In this document: piece by piece, positions 27,269 through 38,900 of the stretch | How the letters are laid out: the number at the start of each line of letters is the position of its first letter | Position numbering within the stretch: position 1 is the stretch's first letter | IMG/VR virus record: IMGVR_UViG_3300027836_000011 | Span: 1,952-65,951 of that record | DNA length: 64,000 bases | Source of the DNA: a virus | Reading direction: 5' to 3' (one strand) | Program-made: the position numbers and the translations under genes | Notes under the pieces: generated by a model | The model's database searches: none | Told to the model about the DNA's origin: nothing | Seen by the model: only the letters and a program-made list of their open reading frames with translations

Positions 27269-29383
27269 TTATAATATTTCAATGTCAGCTCCCGCTGCAA
27301 TTAATTTTGCTAATAAATTTGAATCAACATTTATGGTATTGTTTTCACCACCATATTTGCTCATATATAAACCGGTTGTTCTATCACCTTCACTACCAGC
27401 CGTACCAGTATTAACATCCCACATTCCTCTTTTGTTAAAAGGATCTTCAGCAGTAGCATATTGATAATCTGCGCCTAACTTATTAAAGTTATCTTCTCTT
27501 GCTTGATTAATGTTCTTATCTCTAAACCAATCATTAACAACATCTGCACCTTTGACTGCAAAGTTAGACAATTTTGCATAACCTTGTACACCAGGACTAT
27601 CCATAAATCTATTTAAGTTACCTTCAGCTTTATTTGTTATGTCAACAGTTGGCTGTTGAAATGCAGGTGCAGCGGGAACAGCCGGTTGTACTGGAGTACT
27701 AAATGTAGTTACATCTGGTTGTTTAGTATATCCTGCTGTATCAGCATAATTAGCAGTCTGTCCAAATCTTGGATCATTCATACCAAAAGGATCATTGAAA
27801 TTAAAATTTGGAGGAAGTCCAAATTGAGCTTTATCTAAGTCACCACCGTATTTAAATCCTTGTTTAAGATAAGCGTCATATTCAGATTTAAGTTGTTCTT
27901 CATTTTTACCTTGATTTCTTACTGCATCTCCTGTAGCATACCAATCTTTAAATGATTTTTGTGGAGTATCAGTAACTTTATTATCCATCATTGATGACAT
28001 TACCGGTGGAGTTTTAAACATACCAGGTAAAGGTTGACCTGTATTTCCTGTAGGTATCATTGCATTTTGATTAACACCTAATTTATTATTACCCATATAA
28101 GTATCATATTCATAAGGATTATCAGCACCAGGTCTATAAGATGAAGCTTGACCATATCTATCAATACCAAGTCTGGTTCCCGTAGGATCATCCTTAGTAT
28201 CCATTATCATAGCCTTAGTATCTTTATCCATATTACTTAAGTAATTATAATCTTGACCAGCTATTGCATTTTTTTGAGCATCTGAATTATAAACTCTTTC
28301 ATCTATTGGTCTACTGCTAGTAATAAAATTATAATCATTTGAAGCAGTATCATAATTAAATCTAGAGTTTGCCGCTACATCTTTACCATATTGATCAACA
28401 GTTCTTAAGTTACCTTTACCTTTTGCAGTATTGTATAGATCTGTATTATCAGCCATGTATTTATTTGGGTCATTTACATCTTGAGTTATTTTGTAATTAT
28501 AATAATCACCTTTAGTTGCATCTCTTATTCCTGCTTTCTTAGAACCATCTCTAAAGAAACCATCTTTAACACCATCTTTATCAGCATCATCACCACTTAA
28601 AAATTCTTTATAACCACCATAAGCTACAGCAGCTGCTTTACCCAAACTAAAATTATCATTGGTATATTCAAATTCCATTGGATTAATATACAAAGGAGCT
28701 CTTTGCCAATTGGTTTGTTTTTTTACATAAGCATTATTGACTGCCCCTACTTTACCTTGAGGAGTGCCACCCATATCATATTTCTCACCACCATCTTCTT
28801 TTTTCCAACCAGCAGCATTTTTAGCAAAGTTTGCCATCTTAACTACAGATGTAGGATATTCATCAGTATTAGCCATAACCTTACTTGCAGCTTCTTGTAC
28901 AGACATACCCCGTGCTTCAGCCCATCTAGTAAACTTACCTTCATTCTCAGGTTTAATTTCTATACCTGATTTACCCATAGACATTCCTGGTTCTTGAGTT
29001 TCTTCTTCTGACATATCATCAGAATGCATACTCTCATCTTCAGTTAATTGTTGTGAGGTTTGATCTAATTGATCAACAGGCATTGGTTCACCACCAACTT
29101 GTTCTTCTGGTTGTTGACCTTCACTCATTTGTTCAAACAATGACATAATATCATTTTCCTCAAAACCATTCATCATTAGAGCTTGACCAATAGTCTGTTG
29201 ATCAACTTGTTGTTCAATCAAAGACATAACTACTTCTGCAGCATTTTGTCCTTGACCTATTGCTTGAGAAATAAAATCTGAAATTTGTTGTACAGCAGGA
29301 TCTACTGCTTGTTGTGGTTGTGCCTCAACTTGTTCAGTAGTTTGTCCTCCTTCTTGCTTTAAACTTATTTTGTTTACTTTCAC
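27269..29383 (-). CDS. Putative virion cargo protein (704 aa, GTG start)
   Basis: Q/E-rich N-terminus; internal module IEIKPENEGKFT...ANFAKNAAGWKKEDGG; C-terminal LLAKLIAAGADIEIL; several (K/R)xxGG linkers. Confidence 0.55.
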   Translation of the reverse strand: MKVNKISLKQEGGQTTEQVEAQPQQAVDPAVQQISDFISQAIGQGQNAAEVVMSLIEQQVDQQTIGQALMMNGFEENDIMSLFEQMSEGQQPEEQVGGEPMPVDQLDQTSQQLTEDESMHSDDMSEEETQEPGMSMGKSGIEIKPENEGKFTRWAEARGMSVQEAASKVMANTDEYPTSVVKMANFAKNAAGWKKEDGGEKYDMGGTPQGKVGAVNNAYVKKQTNWQRAPLYINPMEFEYTNDNFSLGKAAAVAYGGYKEFLSGDDADKDGVKDGFFRDGSKKAGIRDATKGDYYNYKITQDVNDPNKYMADNTDLYNTAKGKGNLRTVDQYGKDVAANSRFNYDTASNDYNFITSSRPIDERVYNSDAQKNAIAGQDYNYLSNMDKDTKAMIMDTKDDPTGTRLGIDRYGQASSYRPGADNPYEYDTYMGNNKLGVNQNAMIPTGNTGQPLPGMFKTPPVMSSMMDNKVTDTPQKSFKDWYATGDAVRNQGKNEEQLKSEYDAYLKQGFKYGGDLDKAQFGLPPNFNFNDPFGMNDPRFGQTANYADTAGYTKQPDVTTFSTPVQPAVPAAPAFQQPTVDITNKAEGNLNRFMDSPGVQGYAKLSNFAVKGADVVNDWFRDKNINQAREDNFNKLGADYQYATAEDPFNKRGMWDVNTGTAGSEGDRTTGLYMSKYGGENNTINVDSNLLAKLIAAGADIEIL

Positions 29384-29400
29384 GGTGTCTACATTATATT

Positions 29401-29429
29401 ATTAATATACAAATAAATCTATAGATTTA
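29401..29429 (-). promoter_or_regulatory. Putative late promoter motif GTATATTAAT preceded by a perfect 16-bp palindrome
   Basis: Motif at 29401-29410, 17 nt upstream of the GTG start. TAAATCTATAGATTTA at 29414-29429. Confidence 0.45.
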
Positions 29430-29443
29430 CTAATTTTTAAGGT

Positions 29444-32400
29444 TTAAGAATTGCCTACAATATAAGTCATTATATAATTTGCAGTAGTCATTCCTAACTC
29501 TTTTGCTTTACTATAGTAAATTCTATTTAATTTATCATAGTTTTTTATTGCTAGTTCTTCATTACCAATATTACCTTTTATGTAATCTTTATACATAGTA
29601 ATATTAGTAGAATTTAATTGCCCACCAAATTGTTTTTTATTTAAAGATTCAAGTATACGTGGATCTAAATTAGCCTTTGGTATTGAATCAGCAACTCTTG
29701 TTCTTGATCTTGCATCTACCAATTCTCTTGAAAAATTATAATCTGGTGATTTAGCTTGATAATATCTTGGGCCATTTGGTGTATCAACTTTTTTTGTAGT
29801 TACAACCACTTTACCATTTTGTTCTGAATATTTATTTTCACCACCTTGTTGTTTCATATACTCAACAGATCCTCCCATTTTCTTTTCTGCTGGTAGTCTA
29901 TTGTATGCTTGCATTAATGGTCCCGGTTTTGATTCACCACCATCTCTAAAACCATATAATGTTTTTATTGGTTTATTTTTTTGATTACCTAATGCTTTAG
30001 AAAAATCAGTGTTAAAGGTAGTGTTTTTTTGTAATAAAATATCATTTATATAATCTCTTGGTTCTTTGGGTAATTTACTTATCCAATCTAAATTATTATA
30101 AATGTCAACACCTTCTTCTTTTAAATCATTCAATAAGTTCATAACATTACCACGGCCCCAATTATAAGAAGCTAATGTTTTAGCTAATCTTACATCTTCT
30201 GATTGACCGGGTTTATTAATAAAACTTGAATTATATAATTCATTCATTGAATATTTTTGGACATCTGCATTTTGTTTCATATTAAAAGGATCAACATTAC
30301 CTTTAATATTGTTTGCCTTTTTATAATCTTTAATCACAGCATCTCCAATTTGACCCAAACCTTTATATCCTGCAGGTGAAACTGCTTTAGGATTAAATGC
30401 AGATTCTCTATATGCTTGTCTTACTAAAAGCTCTGGAGTTATTCCTTTAGGTTTAGCAGATGTTTTTGCTGGTTCAGCTTTTAATTCAGTAGAATACCTT
30501 TCCCCTTTCCATAAGAAATCAGAATCACCCTCATTGCGCGCTGCCCTAAAAGCTTCTTTAAATGTAGATTTATCATCATATCTAGAAGTACCCCAATTTG
30601 CTGGATTTAAATATGCAGTCCAAGAAGTATCTTCTTTCTCACCACCATCTTGCCTTCTAGTTAATTTATTTGTATACTTGTTTATATGAGCGCGTGAAGT
30701 ATTTTCCCAAGCTTCAGGATTTACTTTAATTGATTTTAAAGTTTCTAAAACTTTTTCACCTTCTTGTCCTTTAATTGCATAATGTGAAAAAGGATCTAAT
30801 TCACCAAAAAGATTTTTACCAAAAGCTTTCCATACATCAGAATCACCATAAACACCTTTTGCTATATCTTTTAAAGGTAAAACATCATAATACTTTTGTG
30901 TTAAATCTTTTTTATTTTCTAAATACTTTAACTGCATTTTATCAAAAAAGTTAGGAGCATCCCTTACAAAAGGATCATCACTTATTATATTATTTCTGTA
31001 GTTTGCATCAGTTCTATATTTTAAATCACTAATTAAATTATTATGTTTTCTCCAAGAGTCCTCTGCTAACTGATTATATAAAGCTTCTTTTTCTTTTACT
31101 GCAACTTGTAATTCTGTCATTTTATTAGGATCTCCTGTAATAGCAAGAGTTTCTCTAACATTTGTTGGAAATCTTTTTATGTAATCATTTTTAACAATAC
31201 CTTCTCCAAAAGGTGAACCTTTAAAACCAAAACTTGGATCAAAGTCATTAGTTGTCAACCAGTCTTGTCTATTTCCTGATGAAAAATCTGTTGGTCTTTT
31301 TGCTTTAACAATATATCCATTTCCATATGTATATCCTTCTGCAGTTGGAACTGAGTTTGATAAATATAATGCATTCTCACCTTCCTTTAAACCAAACCTA
31401 CCATAACCCGTATTCATAGGTATATGTGTTGACATATATTCTGCTGCTGCTTTAGAACCTTCTTCCGTTGTAAGATTAAACCCTTGACCTTCAAGATACT
31501 TTATTATTTCTGGATTTTTTTGACCAAGAATATCCCAATTAGTACTTACACCTCTAACAAAAGTATTGTGTCTATCAGCTAATCCTCTTATAGTTCTATT
31601 GGTAAGTTCATCAGATTGTGCGATTCTTTCTAAATTTTCTGGTAATTTATATCCATATTTTTTTGCCCAATCTTTTGCATAAGTTAAATCATTTAAATTA
31701 TTTGATACAATACCAGTTTTATTTACAGAAGAACCAAAAGATGGTCCTGCTGTTTTTAAGCCTTGTCTTAACTCAGGAGCTATACTTGTATTAATATTTT
31801 TTAATGAGCTGTAACCTTCCCCAATAGTTTTTGTAGCAGGACCAAGTACAGGTAGACTTTCAGCTACGTCCATTGCTACATTAAAAGCATTTTCCCAAGA
31901 TGGATTTTTATACATTTCTGCAGTATCAGGTCCAATATGAGTTAAACCATGTCCTGCAAATCCTGCAGTAATAGCATTACCAACAGTAGCTCCAGGAACA
32001 GTTGCCATACCAGGTAGTTGAGTAGCTAATGCAGTTGAAACATATGGCGCAGCTGCGGTACCTACTGCTGTTAAACCAGCAGCAGCAATTGGAGCAAGAG
32101 CAATTGCACCGGGTGCATAGAATAAAGGATTCTTTACAGCATCTTGCATGTTATTATAAACCACTCTTTTTCTACGCTTTGTGTTCTCTGCATTAAGCAT
32201 ATCCTGTTGCCATTCAGGTAACTTTTCAATTTGTGCTTGTTGAGATTCACTTGTAAATCCTTCAGGTGCTCTTAAATCATGATACTGTTTAGTTGCCATG
32301 AACTGATCTTCTTTACTCAATCCCTTTACAGGTTTCTTTAAAGGAAATGTAGCATTTGTTTTAGGATCAAAACCAAACTTACCAGTATCAATTTGTTTAT

Positions 32401-32947
32401 TGATCCACTCATCTGATCTTTGGTTACCTGTAAAAGAAATATAGTTTCCACCTTTAGTTGTAGATGTTACCCATCCTTCAGGAGTTAATGTATTACCTAA
32501 CCATTTTGTTTCTTTCCCTTTCTGAGCTTTCATTAAACCTTTACCACCACACTTATGACAATCCATAACATCAGATCCACCATCAGCAGCTTTCCATTTC
32601 CAACCGCAGTTACCACACTCAATAGTTTTATCTAATAGAGCACCTCCCATTTTGGCTATTAATGTTTCTGTTACTTCTGTACCTGGAAATTCATAATCAT
32701 ATCCTGGATACATTACTTGCTCATTACCTAAGTTATCTACACCGTGGATTGGTCCCTTTCTCAAAGGGCTACCATCTTTTTCTTTCATAGTAATAGAACC
32801 AGATGGAATAATGTTTTGATAATTATTTACATCTGGGCTATCCATTCTAAATCCTTCTGTAGAGAATACTCCTGTAGTATAACTAAACATTTCATTTGGG
32901 CCACCCGGTAATCCTCTACGTTCTGTATGTTGTATCTTTTTCTCCAT
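29444..32947 (-). CDS. Modular virion protein (1167 aa): Zn-ribbon, hydrophobic segment, ART-like domain, lytic transglycosylase (SLT) domain
   Basis: CGNCG...CHKCG (~32546-32618); Ala/Gly-rich hydrophobic stretch (~31850-32130); FVRGVS...ALYLSNSVPTAEGYTYGNGYIV (~31300-31570); SLT motifs LLVRQAYRESAFNPKAVSPAGYKGLGQI and LASYNWGRGNV (~30140-30430). Confidence 0.7.
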   Translation of the reverse strand: MEKKIQHTERRGLPGGPNEMFSYTTGVFSTEGFRMDSPDVNNYQNIIPSGSITMKEKDGSPLRKGPIHGVDNLGNEQVMYPGYDYEFPGTEVTETLIAKMGGALLDKTIECGNCGWKWKAADGGSDVMDCHKCGGKGLMKAQKGKETKWLGNTLTPEGWVTSTTKGGNYISFTGNQRSDEWINKQIDTGKFGFDPKTNATFPLKKPVKGLSKEDQFMATKQYHDLRAPEGFTSESQQAQIEKLPEWQQDMLNAENTKRRKRVVYNNMQDAVKNPLFYAPGAIALAPIAAAGLTAVGTAAAPYVSTALATQLPGMATVPGATVGNAITAGFAGHGLTHIGPDTAEMYKNPSWENAFNVAMDVAESLPVLGPATKTIGEGYSSLKNINTSIAPELRQGLKTAGPSFGSSVNKTGIVSNNLNDLTYAKDWAKKYGYKLPENLERIAQSDELTNRTIRGLADRHNTFVRGVSTNWDILGQKNPEIIKYLEGQGFNLTTEEGSKAAAEYMSTHIPMNTGYGRFGLKEGENALYLSNSVPTAEGYTYGNGYIVKAKRPTDFSSGNRQDWLTTNDFDPSFGFKGSPFGEGIVKNDYIKRFPTNVRETLAITGDPNKMTELQVAVKEKEALYNQLAEDSWRKHNNLISDLKYRTDANYRNNIISDDPFVRDAPNFFDKMQLKYLENKKDLTQKYYDVLPLKDIAKGVYGDSDVWKAFGKNLFGELDPFSHYAIKGQEGEKVLETLKSIKVNPEAWENTSRAHINKYTNKLTRRQDGGEKEDTSWTAYLNPANWGTSRYDDKSTFKEAFRAARNEGDSDFLWKGERYSTELKAEPAKTSAKPKGITPELLVRQAYRESAFNPKAVSPAGYKGLGQIGDAVIKDYKKANNIKGNVDPFNMKQNADVQKYSMNELYNSSFINKPGQSEDVRLAKTLASYNWGRGNVMNLLNDLKEEGVDIYNNLDWISKLPKEPRDYINDILLQKNTTFNTDFSKALGNQKNKPIKTLYGFRDGGESKPGPLMQAYNRLPAEKKMGGSVEYMKQQGGENKYSEQNGKVVVTTKKVDTPNGPRYYQAKSPDYNFSRELVDARSRTRVADSIPKANLDPRILESLNKKQFGGQLNSTNITMYKDYIKGNIGNEELAIKNYDKLNRIYYSKAKELGMTTANYIMTYIVGNS

Positions 32948-35900
32948 TATCTCATTGATAAAAGTAATTTAGTGTTATTCAATCTCAATAACATCTTTCT
33001 ATTTTCTGATTTAACTCTTCTTAAAATAACATTGTTATAATAATGTCTAAACTTTTTATGTTGTAACGGAGCCTTATTATAATTTAAATTTGTAGTATTT
33101 AAAACTTTAATGTATCCATTAGGTTGAGTATCCCATATTGATTGTTCAACGTTTGTAAATTCACCTCTATCATTAGTGATATCATAAAACTGATTGAACC
33201 TATACTTCTGTTCAACTTTAGAACATAATATGTTTATGTTATTCAAATTGACTATTGGATAACTTAACTCTAAGATAGGATTGTTATATGGTGTTGGAGT
33301 CAATTGTAATAACCCAGACACTTGCTCATTATTATAAATAATAGATTGGTCAAAGTTAAAGTTTAAATCTTCCCATCTATCATCATTACAAGCATAACCC
33401 ATATCACCTTTGTATACATAAGTCTCTAATTGATATTCCATACTTCTAACAGTATTAACCATCTGTCCAGTATTAGAAACTAATTCTACTTCCCAAGGAT
33501 AATCAACACCATAGAAATTAGCAAAACTATCACATCTAACATTATGTCTCCAAAATGAACCAACTTTGTAATTAGCTGGTGTAGACTCATATTTATAAAA
33601 ATTACAAATTTGAGGATTTGGATTTACATATGTTGGATCTCCTAGTAAATAAACATCATCACAATTTCCTGTTGTTGTTGTAACACTTCCTGGAGGAGAT
33701 GTTGGACATGCGCAACTTACTTTTCTACATACAGGTGGAGTAATGTTATTACATGTACCTGTTGGTGATGTATAAAGACTTGTTGCTGTATTAAAAAATA
33801 CTTTTGTATAACCTGGAGCACAAGTACAAACAAATGGAACTGAACAAACAGATCCTGCAATAGCTGTTGCTACAGCAGCAAATGTTGCAGGCACAGCCGC
33901 ATTAATTCCAAATTGGAATCCATCAACATTTACAGGACCTGGCGTACAAGATATATTACCTAATACATTACCACTTGGTATAGCAGTATTTGCACCACAA
34001 AATAATGCATATACTCTTTGGTTTGTTGGACCACTTGCACTTGGTGAAACACCAGTACCTTGAAATGGACAACCTATATTTCCCGGATCACTTGTTGTAT
34101 CTGTAACTAATATTATTATTTGTCTAAAAAATGGTTGTGTACTTCTATTACCTAATTGACTAGCTGCTTTATTATTTAACAATGTTTGACCAGAAGTCAT
34201 TCCTAAAGAAACATTTGTACCACCACCAATCCAGTTACCATTATACCATGCAGCAGCTTGAGCTGGAGTAACAGTATTACTCATAGACCAAGTACCCCCT
34301 GCAGGATTTGGTATATTATAATTTATATTATTACCACTCCATGAAGTAAAACCTATCTGCATTGTACCTGCAGCCATTGGTGTTGTTATATTAGAATCAC
34401 TTAAAAATGCATTTAACCATGCTAATTGTGCTTGTCTGCGTCCTCCTGAATTAGTTGATCCAGATGTATCCATTGCAATAACAATATCTATTAAACAATT
34501 AACTGGTCCACCATTAACAACAGAGTTAATTTGATCTACTGTAACAAAAGCAGGTTCATTAATATTAATAGATCTTTCACATAATCCATTAGTAGAATTA
34601 AAATTATATCCCGGAGGGCATTGCGGTATAGTAGTAGCCATAGTCTTAGTAGTAAAGAAATGGTTAATACTTGGCAATGCAAATTCCGGATGCCAGTCAT
34701 GGAATGATATCCAAGCTTTAGCTTTAGGATCATAACTTACAGTCCAAGAACAATCATCAAAATACACTGGATCACCTAATGTAATAGGGCTCTCTAATAA
34801 TGCAAAGCCTCTTTTTTCACTATATGTTACATTTGCAATATACTGAGCTTTTACTCTGTAATCTTTTTTCATAAAGTAAACTACATCATCATTAGGATCA
34901 TAGATTGTTTGACAACCAACACCAACTACAGGATTATCTGATAATGGTGAATCTTCTAATTGAGGAAACTGTTTAACAAGTTGAGATGGTAAATATTTAT
35001 TAAACCACCATTTCATTCCTGCATTAGATATTGGATCTAGTGTTTGACCAGTAAAATGAAATATTTTCCCTTGAGCTTGAGATATAAAAAATAAACCTAC
35101 AGGTGTATTCATAACACTTCTCAAACTTTCACATGAACCATATTCATTTGATATGTCTGAGTTAACAATATTTTGAAATGGTTGACTAAACAATCCTCCA
35201 TCACCAATAGTAAGTTTAGTATCTAGTTGTGTTTGCAAAGTATCTAAACCTTGAAACATCTGAGGAGATAAATAAGGAAAGAATATAATAGCACCGCTTT
35301 TATTAATTGGTTTTATAACACTCACTTCATTTATAAAATCCTTATAGTTTAATGGTAAGAATACTCTCCAAAAATCTTTTTTAGATTCTTCTTGAGCTTG
35401 TAATGAATAGATTAATCTTTTTGGATAACTGACATAACAATTTTCTGCAACATACGGATCATAGTATCTTGGTTGTATTTCACCAAAACTACTCAACTGA
35501 GTTACAAACTTAGATGGACTTAATGATTCATCATATTTATAAAAGTTATCTTTCTTTTCTATTTGAGCATGGAACAATTCATCAATATCATTATAACCAT
35601 ATACATCATATATTCTTGCATCAGCTCTATCTTCCCAATCTCTATTAGCTAAGTTAACTTCAGACTCAACAAAGAAATCTAATATACCATTAACATGCGT
35701 ATACATATAAGCATATCTCATGGCAAATTTAGGATTAGGATCACCACTAGCACCAAAGATTGCACTTAAACCAGTAGCACAACTATTTGATCCTCTATCT
35801 AAATAAAACAAATCACTAGGAAAAACAGCATCTAATTGACTAGAACTTGTAAGACTTAAACTAGCAATTTCCCCAGCCAAAGTACTCATATCAAATTTTT

Positions 35901-38900
35901 GAGAATTTAACCAAAATCTTGGATAAGGTATATTGACATGCTGAGAATAATCATATGTAAATTCATCTGGTTGACCTAATAAGTATTGTGCAAATATAGG
36001 CATGATAACTTTTTCAGTATATCTAGTAATAAATATATCACCATTAAATATAGCTGAACTAGAATACTTAAATGCCATTGGTTTAGTTGGATCTAAATAT
36101 TCTACGCAACCTCTCATTTGAATTTGCTTAATACCATCTAATTGACCATACTGATTATCAAAATTAAACTTAAGTGCACCATAGTAAGCAGATATAGTTC
36201 TTTTTTGTTTTGTTGATGGATTAGTTAAATAATCATCACTATAAACATTAACTGTACCATTAGCATTTACATCACCCCCTATGGTAAATCTAGACACATC
36301 AATTACAGTAGGTTCTGTTATAGGTTTATCTAATGAAACAGCTACGGTAGATGGTCTAAATAAATTATTAATTTTATAACTTCCATTATCAAATGATTGA
36401 AATGATTGACCTAAGTAATTTGAATCTGTATTCTTGATTCTAAATAACCCTGTATTAATTTTAGTAAATGAATTAAAAAATCCATAAGAATTATATTTAA
36501 ATGCAAAATCAGATTTATTAATTAAGTTATAAATCAATTCTAATATTTCATTTCCACCAATTGCTATATTAGTTCTAGACATTGTAAAAGAAACAAAAGC
36601 TCTTACAATTAAAGGTAAAGATGATTCTGATGAATCATTTGATTGTGCATTATTTATTGTACCACCTAACATACCAGGTGCATTACCAGCATTGGTTTGA
36701 ATAACAGCATTTGCCATATCTAATGCATATGTTGCAGCACCACCAACATAAAGATCTGCTAAACCTGCAGCATTATTTAATAATGTATTTAAAGCTATTT
36801 GACCAACAGTACCTACATTTGCAGCAGCAGCAACAGCAACTGAATAAGCTGCTTGTGCTACACCCGGTGAATTTAAATAACCTGAAGATTTTCCAAGCCA
36901 TGCACCAGTTGCACTTGCAGAAGTCATATTTGCTTTAGCACCATCTACAGTTTTAGTTCTTGTACCTAACATTTTATGTATAGCATATCCCACACCAATA
37001 ATAGAAGCTATAATAGCTGCACCATTTCTTAGTAATTTAAATTGAGGATGATCTTCAGATGCTTTAAAATAACCACTTGAATTACCACTTACTTGTCCAT
37101 AAAGTCTTGTCTCATAAGCATTTAAAAAAGGTTTAGTAAACATTAAATCTGGTGAAGAAAACGTAAATACATTTCTAGAATAACCTGAAGGTTCACCTGC
37201 TATTGCAGGAGCAGAACCTAAAGGTCTATAACTACCAATTGATATACTATAATTATCACAACCTTCAGTTCTATGAATAGAGTTTGCATTACCATCATGA
37301 AAGTAAACATCAGGTCTTAAATCATTGTATGGATAGTTTGGATATAAACCTTGAACAGAACCACCAATTAAATTTTCAGCATTAGGAATAGTATACTTAC
37401 GCATATTTCTAAACAATCCTTTTGCTAAAATAGATTTGGCACCAGCTCTAGTTCCTCTTAATATTTCATAACCAACTATATTTGTTATATATGTTCCATC
37501 ATTATTTTTTGGTCTACCAATATTAGTAAATTCAACACCAAGAATATTAATTAAATCTCCTTGTGTTGTACTTATATGCAAAGGTGAATTTGCACCCCCT
37601 ACTTCTTCAGTAGGAAACTTATGGTGTCTAATTGGTTTACCACAAAGGTCTCCCCAAATATCAGGTCTATTAGCAGGATATCTTTCTGTTGATTCCCAAT
37701 ATCCCATTTTACCTCTAGCAATAACTAATGATCCATCTGCTTGCACTTCAGTTAAATTCTGAGCTGTAATGTTTCCTGTATTATAAACCTTAAATAAAGG
37801 ATCTCCTGCAACATCTAATACATTATCACCATAGATAACATCATTTTCTAAATAAGTCCCTGAAGGGGTTGTAAATGGCTCAGGAGCTCTTCCTGGTATA
37901 TGATATGAAGAAGATCTTTCTCCTGTGTTATAAATCCATCTAATAAAAAAAGCATATTGCTCATCTCTCATGAAACCCATTTTATTACCACCTAAATGAT
38001 AATAAGTAGAATCTATTTGATTTGCTACCCAGTTAACTTTAATATCATTTGCTATTGGTTGATAATTAAAATCAAATTGACTAACAGGTCCTTGTCTAAT
38101 TAACCAATCATTTACAACATACATTGCATTTGATTTTTCATAAGCAGGACTTCTTTGAGGTATAGTTTTTAAACTTATAGCTACTAGAGCATCATCAATA
38201 TAGTCAATGTTTATATCTTCCTGTTGCGTACTATAAAGACCTATGCGTTTTGCATATACTTGACCTTGATTTCTTACAAGTAAAACCAATTCATAATAAT
38301 CAAAATCTTTATCTAAATTAGTAACTTTAACATTTAATGATCCTCCTGTACCGGCATGTGACCATAATGTTTGAATGTTAGATACACCAATATAATCAGT
38401 AACCTTTTGCTCATTTTCAGTATATGCAATAAATGCTTGATAAGCACCATTTTGTAACATACCACCATCTATTGATTTACTTAAATCAACACAAGGAGTA
38501 TCAAGTAAAGGAGCTAATCTTATCTTTTCACAATTTAATTGTGTTGTATCAGCATATGTAATACATGGATCACCAACTGCAGATGTTACAGTTTGAATCC
38601 ACGGTACCTTATCAATGTTTAATGAACGGGATGGATTGTTTCCATCATCCCAATATGTTTGCCATGTACAATCAAAATTTTCTTTTGCTGCACCAGTTAT
38701 TAAATACTTTCTATTAAAGTTTAAGCAAGGATCATTTACAATAACTTCATACTTACATTGGCTATCATCAAATCTTCCAATTTCTGAATTTACATCATCT
38801 GTAGAAAATACAACCCATTGATCACCATATCTATGTATAGCTCCAATAATTGTATAAGGAATTACACCACATTGTAAATTAGATGGTTCATTACCAATTA

